Shown in pieces: positions 9,866 to 19,949 of a stretch of 64,000 nt of DNA. The notes beneath the pieces were generated by a model. It was given only the letters and a program-made list of their open reading frames with translations, ran no database searches and had not been told where the DNA came from. Numbering within the stretch: the first letter of the stretch is position 1; each line of letters starts with the position of its first letter. A program made the position numbers and the translations under genes. Source of the stretch: Candidatus Nealsonbacteria bacterium DGGOD1a (lineage in GTDB: Bacteria; Patescibacteriota; Minisyncoccia; Minisyncoccales; UBA5738); assembly GCA_022530585.1 (NCBI GenBank), contig CP092821.1:649525-713524 (forward strand), read 5' to 3'.

Positions 9866-11278
9866 TTATTTAACAGGTTCTTTTTTAATGATCGAAATGC
9901 CAAGCTCTTTCAACTGTTCCGCGGAAACTTCCGAAGGCGCCGCGAGCATCAAATCGCGGTTATCGCCCGTTTTGGGAAACGCCATTACTTCGCGGATATT
10001 CGGTTCGCCCAACATCACCGCCAGGAAACGGTCAATACCCGGTGCCATGCCCCCATGCGGCGGCACGCCATAAGAAAAAGCCTCAAAGTAATGCGAAAAT
10101 TGTTTCTTGGTTTCTTCGGGCGTATGGCCAACCACCTCAAATACCGCGGTAAAAGTTTCCATATTCGTGTTCCGAAGGCTGCCGGAAAATATTTCAAAGC
10201 CGTTTAACGCCATATCATATTGGTAAGCCATGATTTTTTCCGGACATGCCTTGATTTCCTCCGGATCTTCGGTGCGCGGTTTGGTAAAAGGATGGTGCAT
10301 GGCGTTCCATTTCTTTTCTCCGGCAAGCCATTCAAACATCGGGAAATCGGTTACAAAACAAAACGCGAGCTCATTCGGATCATTTTTATCTTTGCGCAAA
10401 TCCGGCTTGTCGTTGCCGTATTTTTCCATTGACTCTTTCCATGTCAACCTCGGAAACGGAATCTGGCTGATCTTTTTCTCCGGGAACAAATCCTTCACAA
10501 GCGCGACAAACATCTTTTCGGCCAAATCCAAAACTTCATCTTCGTCGGCAAACGACATTTCCACATCAAGCTGGGTATGCTCGGCTTGCCGGTCCGCGCG
10601 CGGATCTTCATCGCGCATACATCGCGCCACCTGAAAGTAACGCTCCAACCCGCCGACCATCAATAATTGCTTGTATTGCTGGGGGCTTTGCGGCAAAGCG
10701 TAAAAATTACCCGGCTGCAACCTTGCCGGCACCAAAAAATCGCGCGCGCCTTCGGGCGTCGATTTGGTCAATACCGGCGTTTCCACCTCTATAAACCCCT
10801 GGCCGGTCAGAAATTGCCGCATAAAGTTAATCACCTTGTGGCGCACCACCAGATTGCGATGCAAGCGTTCGCGCCGCAAATCCAGATAACGGTATTTTAG
10901 ACGCTTATCCTCGGAAATATCATAACCATCAGTATCAATGGTAATCGGCAAAGTTTCGGCTTTCGACAGAACCTCCATGCTTTCCACGAACAATTCAATC
11001 CCCCCGGTGGCGATTTTATCGTTAACCATATTCGCCGGCCTCGCGTTAACGGTTCCCGCCAAACTGACCACCCATTCGGACCGCACATCCTTGGCCAAAT
11101 CAAAATCAGCCATTTTAGGGATAACAACAGCTTGAATAACACCGCTCCGATCGCGCAAATCGAAAAAAATAACTTTGCCGTGCGCACGCACGGTTTGCAC
11201 CCAACCGCAAATTCGCACGGTTTGGCCAACCGCGGCCGGCAAGTCGCCAACAAGAGTTCGAAATAATTTGTTTTTCAT
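9866..11278 (-). CDS. aspS: Aspartyl-tRNA synthetase (short 470-aa form, probably non-discriminating)
   Basis: OB-fold N-terminus (FFDLRDRSGVIQ) and class II motifs (FRDEDPRADRQAEHTQLD, GMAPGIDR). gatCA lies in the same window. Confidence 0.93.
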   Translation of the reverse strand: MKNKLFRTLVGDLPAAVGQTVRICGWVQTVRAHGKVIFFDLRDRSGVIQAVVIPKMADFDLAKDVRSEWVVSLAGTVNARPANMVNDKIATGGIELFVESMEVLSKAETLPITIDTDGYDISEDKRLKYRYLDLRRERLHRNLVVRHKVINFMRQFLTGQGFIEVETPVLTKSTPEGARDFLVPARLQPGNFYALPQSPQQYKQLLMVGGLERYFQVARCMRDEDPRADRQAEHTQLDVEMSFADEDEVLDLAEKMFVALVKDLFPEKKISQIPFPRLTWKESMEKYGNDKPDLRKDKNDPNELAFCFVTDFPMFEWLAGEKKWNAMHHPFTKPRTEDPEEIKACPEKIMAYQYDMALNGFEIFSGSLRNTNMETFTAVFEVVGHTPEETKKQFSHYFEAFSYGVPPHGGMAPGIDRFLAVMLGEPNIREVMAFPKTGDNRDLMLAAPSEVSAEQLKELGISIIKKEPVK

Positions 11279-11289
11279 AATCTTTCAGT

Positions 11290-13461
11290 TTACTTCATTT
11301 CCGGCCAAGATTCAACAATCATATCTTTCTTATTTTTGACCGGCAGAAACCGATAAACTTCTTCGGTGATGAACGGCATAAACGGATGCATCAATTTCAG
11401 CAAATTCGCCAAAGTAAAAATCAGAATTGATTTTGTTTGTTCGGCCGCGAGCTTGTTTTTCGGACGGTTAATCTGAATTTTCGCGGCTTCAATATAGATA
11501 TCGCAAAACTCGTGCCAAAAAAATTCATACAGTTCGCGAATCGCATGGCCGAATTCATATTTATTGATGCGCTTTTCCGTCGACAACGCAATCTTCTTCA
11601 GCCCGGCCAGTATCCGACGATCCGCTTTGGAAACCGCCGGCGGCTTAACGCTGGCGGAATATAATCTTTTACCGTCTCCCAGTTGATACAAAATAAATTT
11701 GGCCGCGTTCCATATTTTATTGCAGAATTTCCCTCCGGAAACCATATTGTCTTCATTGAAATGCATATCCTGGGATTCGGTCACCTGCCAAGCCAAGCCG
11801 AAACGCGTGGCATCGGTTCCGTATTTTTCAATCAACATCATTGGATCAATCCCGGTGCCAAGCGATTTTGACATCCGTCGGCCATCCTTGGTGAGCACCA
11901 TGGCATTGATCATAACATTCGCGAACGGTGATTTTTTGGTAAATTCCAATGCCGAAAATACCATCCGAGACACCCAAATGCTGATGATATCCCTTCCGGT
12001 TGTAAGCACCGAAGTTGGAAAAAATTTCTTAAAATCTTTGGTCGCCTTTGGCCAACCGAATACAGCCATTGGCCATAATGCCGAAGAAAACCAAGTATCG
12101 AATACATCTTCGCTGCGCTTTGGCTGACAATTTTTACATATCGGGCAAACCTTGGGCGCGGTTTTAGCCGCAAAATATTCTTCGGGGCGATTCTGGCAAA
12201 ACCAAACCGGCATACGCTGCCCCCACCAAAGCTGGCGCGATAAACACCAGTCGCGCGGCTCCGTTAACCATGAATAATAGGTATTTTGCCAGCGCTTGGG
12301 ATGGAATTTGACCTTGCCTGATTTTCCGGCTTTCAACGCTTTATTTGCCAATTCGTCCATTTTTAAAAACCATTGCTTGGAAGGAATCAGTTGGATACCC
12401 GCGCCGCAGCGGGAACATTTCGGCACTTGGTGAGTATAATCCTCAATTTTTTCCACCAAACCCAAAGACGATAATTCGGCAACTATTTTTTCGCGCGCTT
12501 CCGCCGCCTTTAATCCGCGATATGACTCGGGGCCATTCTGGTTGATCTTGCCCCTTTCGTCAATCACCGAGATCATCGGCAACTTATGGCGTTGCCCGAT
12601 TTGCCAGTCGCTTGAATCATGCGCCGGCGTCACCTTCACCGCGCCCGTCCCAAAACCAATTTCGATGGCATTGTCGGCAATAATTGGAATTTTCCGGTTA
12701 ACAATGGGCAAAACCGCAAATTTGCCCGCCAAACTCTTAAAGCGCTTGTCTTTGGGGTTAACCGCGACCGCGGTATCGCCCAGCATGGTTTCCGGCCTGG
12801 TCGTGGCAACGGTAATAAATCCGCCTCCGCTATCCGCAATGGGGTATTTCAGATACCAAAGCTTTGACGATTCTTCACCGAAATCCACCTCAAGGTCCGA
12901 AATCGAGGTACCGCATCGCGGACACCAATTAACCACTCTTTCGCCGCGATAAACCCATCCCTGTTGGTAATAATGGATAAAAGCGGCCTCAACCGCATCA
13001 ACATAATCCGGATCCATCGTGAACTTAAGGCGCGACCAATCGCAAGACGCCCCCATTGCGCGAATCTGGTTCAAAATAATGTTACCGTACTGCTCGCGCC
13101 ATTCCCATGCTTTTTCAATAAATTTCTCCCGACCAAGATCAAAACGGCTGACCCCCTCCTTGCGCAGCCTTTTTTCCAAAGTACTTTGCAAGCCAATGCT
13201 GGCGTGATCGGTCCCCGGTATCCATACCGTCGCATCCCCTTTCATTCTATGATAGCGCACCATGGCATCCTGAATGGTAATATTCAACGCGTGGCCCATA
13301 TGAAGGGTTCCCGTGACATTGGGCGGCGGCAAAACGACCGAAAACACTTTTTTCGATCTTGCTTTGAACTTATCCGGGTTAAAATAACCTTTCCTTTCCC
13401 AATTTTCGTAATGTTTTTTTTCCGATTCTTTGGGATTATAGTGTGTCGATAATGGTTCCAT
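11290..13461 (-). CDS. valS: Valyl-tRNA synthetase (723 aa, lacks the long C-terminal coiled coil)
   Basis: PPPNVTGTLHMGHAL (HIGH) and RMSKSLGT (KMSKS), with a CP1 editing region. Confidence 0.94.
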   Translation of the reverse strand: MEPLSTHYNPKESEKKHYENWERKGYFNPDKFKARSKKVFSVVLPPPNVTGTLHMGHALNITIQDAMVRYHRMKGDATVWIPGTDHASIGLQSTLEKRLRKEGVSRFDLGREKFIEKAWEWREQYGNIILNQIRAMGASCDWSRLKFTMDPDYVDAVEAAFIHYYQQGWVYRGERVVNWCPRCGTSISDLEVDFGEESSKLWYLKYPIADSGGGFITVATTRPETMLGDTAVAVNPKDKRFKSLAGKFAVLPIVNRKIPIIADNAIEIGFGTGAVKVTPAHDSSDWQIGQRHKLPMISVIDERGKINQNGPESYRGLKAAEAREKIVAELSSLGLVEKIEDYTHQVPKCSRCGAGIQLIPSKQWFLKMDELANKALKAGKSGKVKFHPKRWQNTYYSWLTEPRDWCLSRQLWWGQRMPVWFCQNRPEEYFAAKTAPKVCPICKNCQPKRSEDVFDTWFSSALWPMAVFGWPKATKDFKKFFPTSVLTTGRDIISIWVSRMVFSALEFTKKSPFANVMINAMVLTKDGRRMSKSLGTGIDPMMLIEKYGTDATRFGLAWQVTESQDMHFNEDNMVSGGKFCNKIWNAAKFILYQLGDGKRLYSASVKPPAVSKADRRILAGLKKIALSTEKRINKYEFGHAIRELYEFFWHEFCDIYIEAAKIQINRPKNKLAAEQTKSILIFTLANLLKLMHPFMPFITEEVYRFLPVKNKKDMIVESWPEMK

Positions 13462-13478
13462 ATTTTTCCTTAATATGA

Positions 13479-13636
13479 GAGCGTGGAAAAACTATTTTCA
13501 GAACGAAATTTTCAGATTTCGAGCGAGAAAAATGAGGAAGGAGAAGGCATACTTGGCTTAAAGTCTGCCGCCGACTGACGAATTTTTCGCAGCCGAAAGA
13601 TGAAAATTGCAATTGAAATATAGTTTTTCTACGCTC
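13479..13636. mobile_element. MITE-like element, family B variant (related core, different termini)
   Basis: The core is the reverse-complement homologue of the 22370-22528 and 57206-57365 cores. It has its own 17-bp imperfect TIR: GAGCGTGGAAAAACTAT / ATAGTTTTTCTACGCTC. Confidence 0.5.
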
Positions 13637-13702
13637 TCAATATATACAAAATAGCACCAAACCAACCAAAAATAAACCCCTCCCGGCTTAAATTGCGAAA
13701 AA

Positions 13703-15421
13703 TCAAGCTTGCGAATTTCCAAATTTATTTCGCCGCGGCGCCGGCGGTAAAATCGCCGCCGGGTTCTCCTTGTCCGAGTTCATCGGCAATTCAATGATAA
13801 ATTCCGTTCCCTTCCCCCAACCAGACGATTCAACGCGAATCGTACCGCCGTTGCCCTTGATCATCTGCGCCGCCAAATATAACCCAATACCCTTGCCATT
13901 GACATTGACATTTCTAGCTTTTTCGCCACGTTCAAAAGTGCGGCCGAACAGGCCTTGCTGGTCTTTTTTATCCATCCCAATACCCGTATCGGCAACCGAT
14001 ATGCGCAACTTATCCGTAGCAACAGCGACAGCAACGGTAACTCCGCCCTCTTGGGTATATTTAATAGCATTGTCAATAATATTATAAATCGCCTCTTTTA
14101 TACCACGCGCATCAATAACAATAGGAGGTACCGGCGTTGCCGGTTTTTTAAAACGCAGATATATATTTTTTAATTGCGCAAGTTTTTCCGAATCAGCCAC
14201 CACTCCACCAATCAAATTTATAGCATCAGTCAATTCCTTGGCAACCACGCCCTTATTCATCTTGAAATGGGCCACATCCAAAAGATCGTCAACCAAATGA
14301 ATCAATTTTTGTGTCGCTTTGAGCGAAGCATCAATTTTTTCTTTGGCCCTTGCCGGTATTCTACCATAATCTCCATCATCGATCATACTCAAATATCCTT
14401 GGACCACCGAAAGAGGGCTACGCAAATGATGCTGAGTGGAAAGCAAAAATTGTGTCTTAGCACCATCCAACCGACGCAATTCATCCGCCAATGCTTCCGC
14501 TTTGCGCCGCAACTCCCGTTCCAATACTGCCGCTTTTTCAGCTTCTTCTCTAAGGAATCTTTCTTCCGCAGCCATCATTTCGGCATACTCCCTTCTTTCA
14601 TTCTCTTTATGCGCGACTTCTATCAAATAATAGCCGAATATACAGAATAAAACAAAAACTACACCAGTAAGTATCCTCAAAGTAATTGTTGGCATTGAAA
14701 ATGGAACTGCTAAAAGCACAAATCCCATAAAAATTACCAAAAGTTCCGTAAGAATAACTTTGGTATTAAATAAATGATATTTCGTAATCGCAAGCGTCAA
14801 TATAAGAACACAGAAAACGGCAAATAAATATGTAAAAGGAGGGATATCAATTCCGTAAGCAGGTAAAAACGCCAAAGAACTTAAGTTCAAAATTAAAAAA
14901 GCCACTAATATATAATTTGCTTGAGCTTTTTCAACCCCTGTTATTTTTTTACGATATGAAAAAATAGTATTAAAAAACATTACTATATAAATAATAAAAT
15001 AAACTATAAATAAATTATGAAACACCTTCGCTTGCGAATGAACCCCCCACGGATATTGATAAACCCCATTAATAAAATAATCTGTCTGAATTAATAATAA
15101 AAAGATTAAAGACAAAGCATAACCATTCGCAAGTGTTTTTTTACGATTTATTTTAGCTACAGCTAGTCCGAAATGATAGATTGTAATTGGTATAAAAACA
15201 ACACCAACATACGCAAATCTATCAAAAAAAACTTGTGACCCAACATCTTTGCTCAAAAGCATAAAAGTAGTTGCAAACAACCAGATAGAAATGCAAACAA
15301 TCGCACGGAAAAGTGCCTTGTTAATATTCGATTTTCTATTGTTCAACAAAACAATTATACCAAGCCACAAGGCAGATATTCCGCTAATTAAAGGGATGAG
15401 AATGTACACCGCATTAAACAT
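13703..15421 (-). CDS. Membrane sensor histidine kinase
   Basis: H-box HHLRSPLSVVQGYL, N-box DNAIKYT, G-boxes DTGIGM and GKGIGL. AT-rich multi-TM N-terminus. Start moved to ATG 15421 (MFNAVY), giving an 8-nt overlap with the upstream gene; the track ORF extends to 15565. Confidence 0.85.
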   Translation of the reverse strand: MFNAVYILIPLISGISALWLGIIVLLNNRKSNINKALFRAIVCISIWLFATTFMLLSKDVGSQVFFDRFAYVGVVFIPITIYHFGLAVAKINRKKTLANGYALSLIFLLLIQTDYFINGVYQYPWGVHSQAKVFHNLFIVYFIIYIVMFFNTIFSYRKKITGVEKAQANYILVAFLILNLSSLAFLPAYGIDIPPFTYLFAVFCVLILTLAITKYHLFNTKVILTELLVIFMGFVLLAVPFSMPTITLRILTGVVFVLFCIFGYYLIEVAHKENERREYAEMMAAEERFLREEAEKAAVLERELRRKAEALADELRRLDGAKTQFLLSTQHHLRSPLSVVQGYLSMIDDGDYGRIPARAKEKIDASLKATQKLIHLVDDLLDVAHFKMNKGVVAKELTDAINLIGGVVADSEKLAQLKNIYLRFKKPATPVPPIVIDARGIKEAIYNIIDNAIKYTQEGGVTVAVAVATDKLRISVADTGIGMDKKDQQGLFGRTFERGEKARNVNVNGKGIGLYLAAQMIKGNGGTIRVESSGWGKGTEFIIELPMNSDKENPAAILPPAPRRNKFGNSQA

Positions 15422-16529
15422 ATTTTTTAAAACCGCTGATTGATATTTGTTTTCCAAACGATGTAAATGGGGCATGGTAAAAACCATATTTCCTACCCCA
15501 TTTATTTGTTGTTTCGATAAATGATTCATCAATATGACCAACATGATGCCTTTTATCCCCTTCAAGCGCGATCATCGCGGTTTCGGTAAAACAAGCGAAT
15601 GTGCTTCCCATGGGCGGACCCATCGGAAATTTTAAATCAATACCGGTTATATCAACATAATCACCATCAATCTTAAAAATATCAGATCGTTGTTTGGCAA
15701 CCGCGCGGCTAAGATTCATCGGTTGAGCAATATCATAAACCACGGCATTCGTTTTTAAATCTTCTTTTTCCAATAAATATGAAGGATGGGATGTCGCCGT
15801 TATCACAAAATCAGCATTGGAAATCGTTTTTATGTTGGTCGAGATTGTTGAAATATATTGTTCTAATCCTTCATTTGCCATTCTTTTTTTAATCAGTTCA
15901 ATTTTCTCGGGAATACTTTCAACTAATGTCAGTCGATAACCCTTTCGCGCCAAAAATACACAAAGTTCTCGCCCAATCAAACCATAAGCTCCTACTACCG
16001 CAACCTTGTCCCGCGAAGGGTCAAATTTGAATTTATGCAAAATCATTTCTATCCCTTGTTGAGCGATCACCACCGTAAAAGTATCCCCATGTGTTACTGT
16101 AAGGTTTATCCCTGGTTGCTTTATTACCCATTCGCCACCATCGGTAACAGAAGTAGTGAGTGAGCCAAGACCAATAACATCAACCTTCAACCCATTTTGC
16201 GCGTAAAGAATCGCATCTAAAACCCTTTTTCTCACTTTTTCAATTGGCAAAGACATCATTTGTCGGCCATTCAACAATACAGCTATAATATATCCTTCAA
16301 CTTCTTCTCCGGCTCTTTTAAAATTAAATTTAGAACACACCGTGAACCCTGCCCTTCCGTGTAATAACTTCATAATTACATCGACCAAAAATCCAGGGGC
16401 CCAACGTGTAAACCAAAAACGTCTCGTCACATCAGAATTATCTCTTGGATGGATTAAAAAAGCGAATTTTTTCATTGTTGGATTGTGTGTTTTTATTGGT
16501 TGCTGATGGACAAAATCGGCAATTGGCAA
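15414..16529 (-). CDS. COG5322-type NAD(P)-binding oxidoreductase, acyl-ACP reductase (Aar)-like
   Basis: FAFLIHPRD N-terminus, VAVVGAYGLIGRE Rossmann loop and C-terminal FACFTETAMIALEG, all parallel to motifs I recall from cyanobacterial Aar. Assigned from memory of that family. Confidence 0.6.
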   Translation of the reverse strand: MPIADFVHQQPIKTHNPTMKKFAFLIHPRDNSDVTRRFWFTRWAPGFLVDVIMKLLHGRAGFTVCSKFNFKRAGEEVEGYIIAVLLNGRQMMSLPIEKVRKRVLDAILYAQNGLKVDVIGLGSLTTSVTDGGEWVIKQPGINLTVTHGDTFTVVIAQQGIEMILHKFKFDPSRDKVAVVGAYGLIGRELCVFLARKGYRLTLVESIPEKIELIKKRMANEGLEQYISTISTNIKTISNADFVITATSHPSYLLEKEDLKTNAVVYDIAQPMNLSRAVAKQRSDIFKIDGDYVDITGIDLKFPMGPPMGSTFACFTETAMIALEGDKRHHVGHIDESFIETTNKWGRKYGFYHAPFTSFGKQISISGFKKYV

Positions 16530-16556
16530 ACAAAAAAACCGGCTTGGCGCATTTTT

Positions 16557-16670
16557 TTATTTAAAAATAAATTTAATTACCGCGCTCATCGCGGGAAGGT
16601 TCTGCACAATCGCGTAAAATATAATTACGAAAAACGCGACCATCAAAATGAAATCAACAAACTTGCTCAT
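16557..16670 (-). CDS. Possible 37-aa hydrophobic micro-protein
   Basis: ATG at 16670, MSKFVDFILMVAFFVIIFYAIVQNLPAMSAVIKFIFK, stop at 16557. Fills the gap between the lipase and the reductase. Below the ORF-track cutoff. Confidence 0.25.
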   Translation of the reverse strand: MSKFVDFILMVAFFVIIFYAIVQNLPAMSAVIKFIFK

Positions 16671-16756
16671 GTTTTTACATTTTTATTATAGCTCAATTAT
16701 CCGCAATCAATCAATAAATCAAGCCGGTTAATTTTATCTTGCGCCATCCAGCCGCC

Positions 16757-19552
16757 TCAATAACTCCATTCCAATTTCCCCTTGTTCGTGGCGAAATCGA
16801 GCAACTTCAAACCGCTGAATGTTTTCAAATTGAGTTTTTTGTTTTTGTATTCCAAAAGCAAGGTTTTATTGTTGCCAAAAAGAGCGACGATAAACGATCC
16901 GTCTTTGAGTTTGGCCTGCTGAAGCAAGAACGAAAGCGGGCCGGGTTTGGGCAAGGTTTTGGGGATTGGCGGCAACAATTGCAAACCGGTCAACAACAGC
17001 GGCAGTTTGGGAGTGTAGCCATAAAACCAAGCGAGCGCCAACTGGCTGCCGCTCAAATCAACCATTTGGCCGTTGTATGACAATCCTAATAATTGCGCCC
17101 GCAAAGATTGCTTGCGATTCTTTTCTTTGAATGACAATTCAACCGTATTCCCGGCTTGATCGGTTGCGATCAAACTGCCATTCTTATCGACAATGGCAAT
17201 CGTGTTTGAGGCGGAATAATTATCGGCGGCGGAAAATGCCAAATCTTTTTTCGTTTGACTAAAACCAAATTTCAACTCTGGTGAAGTTTTGTCAATAACG
17301 AAGCTGATGTTCTTTTCTTCTTCATCATTCCCCAATTTGTCTTTGGCGCGATAGCTTAAAGTATGTTTTCCTTCGTTGACAACCGCAATTGTCGTGGTCG
17401 TGCCCAATGTCGTCGTGGCGGCGCCATCCAGCCGGTAATTGATTGAAAGCACTCCCGCCGAATCAGTTCCGGTTTGGGCAAAATCGGTTGCCGACAAAGT
17501 TATCGCGGCGTGGTCATTGTAAAATTCTTTTGGCGTTTGGCCGTTAATCAAAACCGTGGTTTGCGGCATAATCGCGTCGCCAACCGCGCCAACCGGAATT
17601 TCCACCGAGTCAATCCGTACGCCGTTGGTTTTAATTATTTGAGCGTTACCTTCAATTTCCAAACTGCCGGAAAAATCAGTTGTTACCGGAATATCGGCGA
17701 AAACATCGGCCGATACCGCGTTGTCACCTTCAATCTCTTCCTTGATCAGCGTAAAAGTGCCGCTGCCGGTTCCTTGCAAATCAATTTGATATTGCTCGTT
17801 ATCGGCAGTGGGCAAATAGACAAACTTGCGGTCGCCAACAGTTTCAAAACTCGCTCCGGGAATTTCGTTTTTTAAGCCAACGCCTTCAACCGATTCAATC
17901 AAATTGCCAAATTGATCGCTCACTTTGATGGCCAGCGGACTTTCAATTTTAATCGTCGCGCCGTAAAGCCGGCATTGATTGGGGTTATCCGATAATTCCG
18001 ATTTAGAAATAATTTTGCCGGCCGCGATCGGAATGTCATTGCCCGAAATTATGGAAACTATTTTTTCCTTAATGCCGTCAAAGCTGGGCATTCGGCCGTG
18101 TTTAACCTTGGGCGCGTAGAATGTCTTGCTATCGACGGCAAGAAAGCGGTTGGCGGATTCAAGCGGCACCGTGTCATCGCCATTGCTCGGCGCGCCGAAA
18201 TCATAATTGCTATGGGTGCCGTCGGTATTTTGCCAATCTTCAACCGTACCGAAAGTCGCGGATCTGCAGCCCACGATATTGTAGGAATCAACGCCTTTGG
18301 CCCAAAAATTGGCATAGACATAATCACCGTCAAAATCGCTTGAATGTAACGCGGTGGCGTTGTCGATTGCCGTGCCGTTCAAATTGGCGCCCGCCAGATA
18401 TATTTGCGTTTGGGTGTAATCCAATCTGCTCACATCATTCACGCCGGAAACGCCACTCGGCTTGTAGATATTAACCCAATTGCCCTTATCGGAAAAATAC
18501 TCTTGGCTGGGAAGCAAATCATAGGCCGCGGGCATATTTTGGACAATCTTTTTCAATTCCTGCGGATTCAATCCGAAAACTCCGAAATCCGTACCGGACA
18601 ACAGCGCTTTTCCCGCCAGCGGCGCGCCCAAATTAGGCACGCCCACAAATACCATTTTATTGATTTTTAGATTGCTGTTTTCAAGAATATACTTCTTGGC
18701 AATCAATCCGCCCAAACTGTGCGCGATCACATCCACCTCGCCCGTGGGTGAAATTTTCGCCAACCGGTCAATCTCAATTTTCAACAAATCACTGTTGGTC
18801 AACGGCCGTTGCGAGGTTCCCGCCGACACTGGGTATATCCCGCTGGCGCCATACCGCCAATCATACGGAAAAGTATAAAAAGTTTGCCCCGAACTCCCCT
18901 CCGCCGCATCATACCCCTGCGCTTGGAATTCCTTGATGAGTCCATCGGAATAATCATAATTAAATTTTATTATCCCCATCAAATCATAAATTTTTTTGCC
19001 TATAACGCCAGCAAGCGATAAATTATTATTAATTGGCAAAAAAACATCGCTTAAACTCAACGAATCCATAAACTCATCAGAATTTACCGGATTGAACATT
19101 GCATCATTAATCCAAACAAAATCACCCCCATCTTTGATGTAAGTTCCCAATAACCCCGGCACAAATAAAATTGGCGTTCTTGATAAAATCTGTGGTACAT
19201 CCCCAATTTTCGCGCTTGCCAAATCATTGGTCCAGACCTCATCAGCGTGGCAAATCACAGCCTCGTTTGGCAAAATAAAACTCGCATCATTGACATCGAT
19301 TGCCTCATTGGAAACTGATTCAATCCCTACAGTCCAAATTTCATCCGCGTGGCAAACCGTGGCCTCATTGGGCAACAAAAAATTTGCGTTGCCGGAATCA
19401 ACCGCACCCGCGGGAATTATCCCAACCTCGGCGTCCCAAACTTCATCCGCACCGCTTACGCTAATCATCGGCGACTCATCGGCAAAAATCGACTGCGCCA
19501 GCAAGAATGCCGCGGTTGGTATAAACATAAAAAATGAAAAATGAATTTCCAT
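16757..19552 (-). CDS. Secreted 931-aa alpha/beta-hydrolase (lipase/esterase, LCAT/PGAP1-like) with Ig-like C-terminal domains
   Basis: Signal-like N-terminus and nucleophile elbow VIAHSLGGLIAKKY. Tandem N-terminal repeat (ADEVW...LPNEA.V.CHADE.W) and a long beta-rich C-terminus. Confidence 0.8.
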   Translation of the reverse strand: MEIHFSFFMFIPTAAFLLAQSIFADESPMISVSGADEVWDAEVGIIPAGAVDSGNANFLLPNEATVCHADEIWTVGIESVSNEAIDVNDASFILPNEAVICHADEVWTNDLASAKIGDVPQILSRTPILFVPGLLGTYIKDGGDFVWINDAMFNPVNSDEFMDSLSLSDVFLPINNNLSLAGVIGKKIYDLMGIIKFNYDYSDGLIKEFQAQGYDAAEGSSGQTFYTFPYDWRYGASGIYPVSAGTSQRPLTNSDLLKIEIDRLAKISPTGEVDVIAHSLGGLIAKKYILENSNLKINKMVFVGVPNLGAPLAGKALLSGTDFGVFGLNPQELKKIVQNMPAAYDLLPSQEYFSDKGNWVNIYKPSGVSGVNDVSRLDYTQTQIYLAGANLNGTAIDNATALHSSDFDGDYVYANFWAKGVDSYNIVGCRSATFGTVEDWQNTDGTHSNYDFGAPSNGDDTVPLESANRFLAVDSKTFYAPKVKHGRMPSFDGIKEKIVSIISGNDIPIAAGKIISKSELSDNPNQCRLYGATIKIESPLAIKVSDQFGNLIESVEGVGLKNEIPGASFETVGDRKFVYLPTADNEQYQIDLQGTGSGTFTLIKEEIEGDNAVSADVFADIPVTTDFSGSLEIEGNAQIIKTNGVRIDSVEIPVGAVGDAIMPQTTVLINGQTPKEFYNDHAAITLSATDFAQTGTDSAGVLSINYRLDGAATTTLGTTTTIAVVNEGKHTLSYRAKDKLGNDEEEKNISFVIDKTSPELKFGFSQTKKDLAFSAADNYSASNTIAIVDKNGSLIATDQAGNTVELSFKEKNRKQSLRAQLLGLSYNGQMVDLSGSQLALAWFYGYTPKLPLLLTGLQLLPPIPKTLPKPGPLSFLLQQAKLKDGSFIVALFGNNKTLLLEYKNKKLNLKTFSGLKLLDFATNKGKLEWSY

Positions 19553-19570
19553 AATTTTTTATTAACCAAA

Positions 19571-19915
19571 TTAACCAATTTGAGGACTTACAATCATATA
19601 ATAAAGCATTACCCAAAAAAACATAACATTCAAAAAAACAAACAAACAAATCAAAGGAAACAAAATAATAAAAAAAGATATTTTCAATTTTTTATTTATT
19701 GATATCTTTTTAATTATTAAAAAAATACCCAACAATCCAACTAAAGGAAACAAAACCATTGAACATGAAAATAAAACATTTAAAAAATGTCCAAAATCAA
19801 CAAACGGAAGCCATGGAATATCAACTGAATTTCGTACGCCAAACACACGCAAAATTAAAGGTGCCAGAAACATGGCCAAAAATACCGCAAACCAGATTTT
19901 TTGATTTTTTGTCAT
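19571..19915 (-). CDS. Hypothetical 4-TM membrane protein (AT-rich gene)
   Basis: ORF track. Four hydrophobic segments. No family recognised. Confidence 0.55.
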   Translation of the reverse strand: MTKNQKIWFAVFLAMFLAPLILRVFGVRNSVDIPWLPFVDFGHFLNVLFSCSMVLFPLVGLLGIFLIIKKISINKKLKISFFIILFPLICLFVFLNVMFFWVMLYYMIVSPQIG

Positions 19916-19949
19916 TGCAATTTTTTAAAGGATTAATCTCTTCCGTTTC

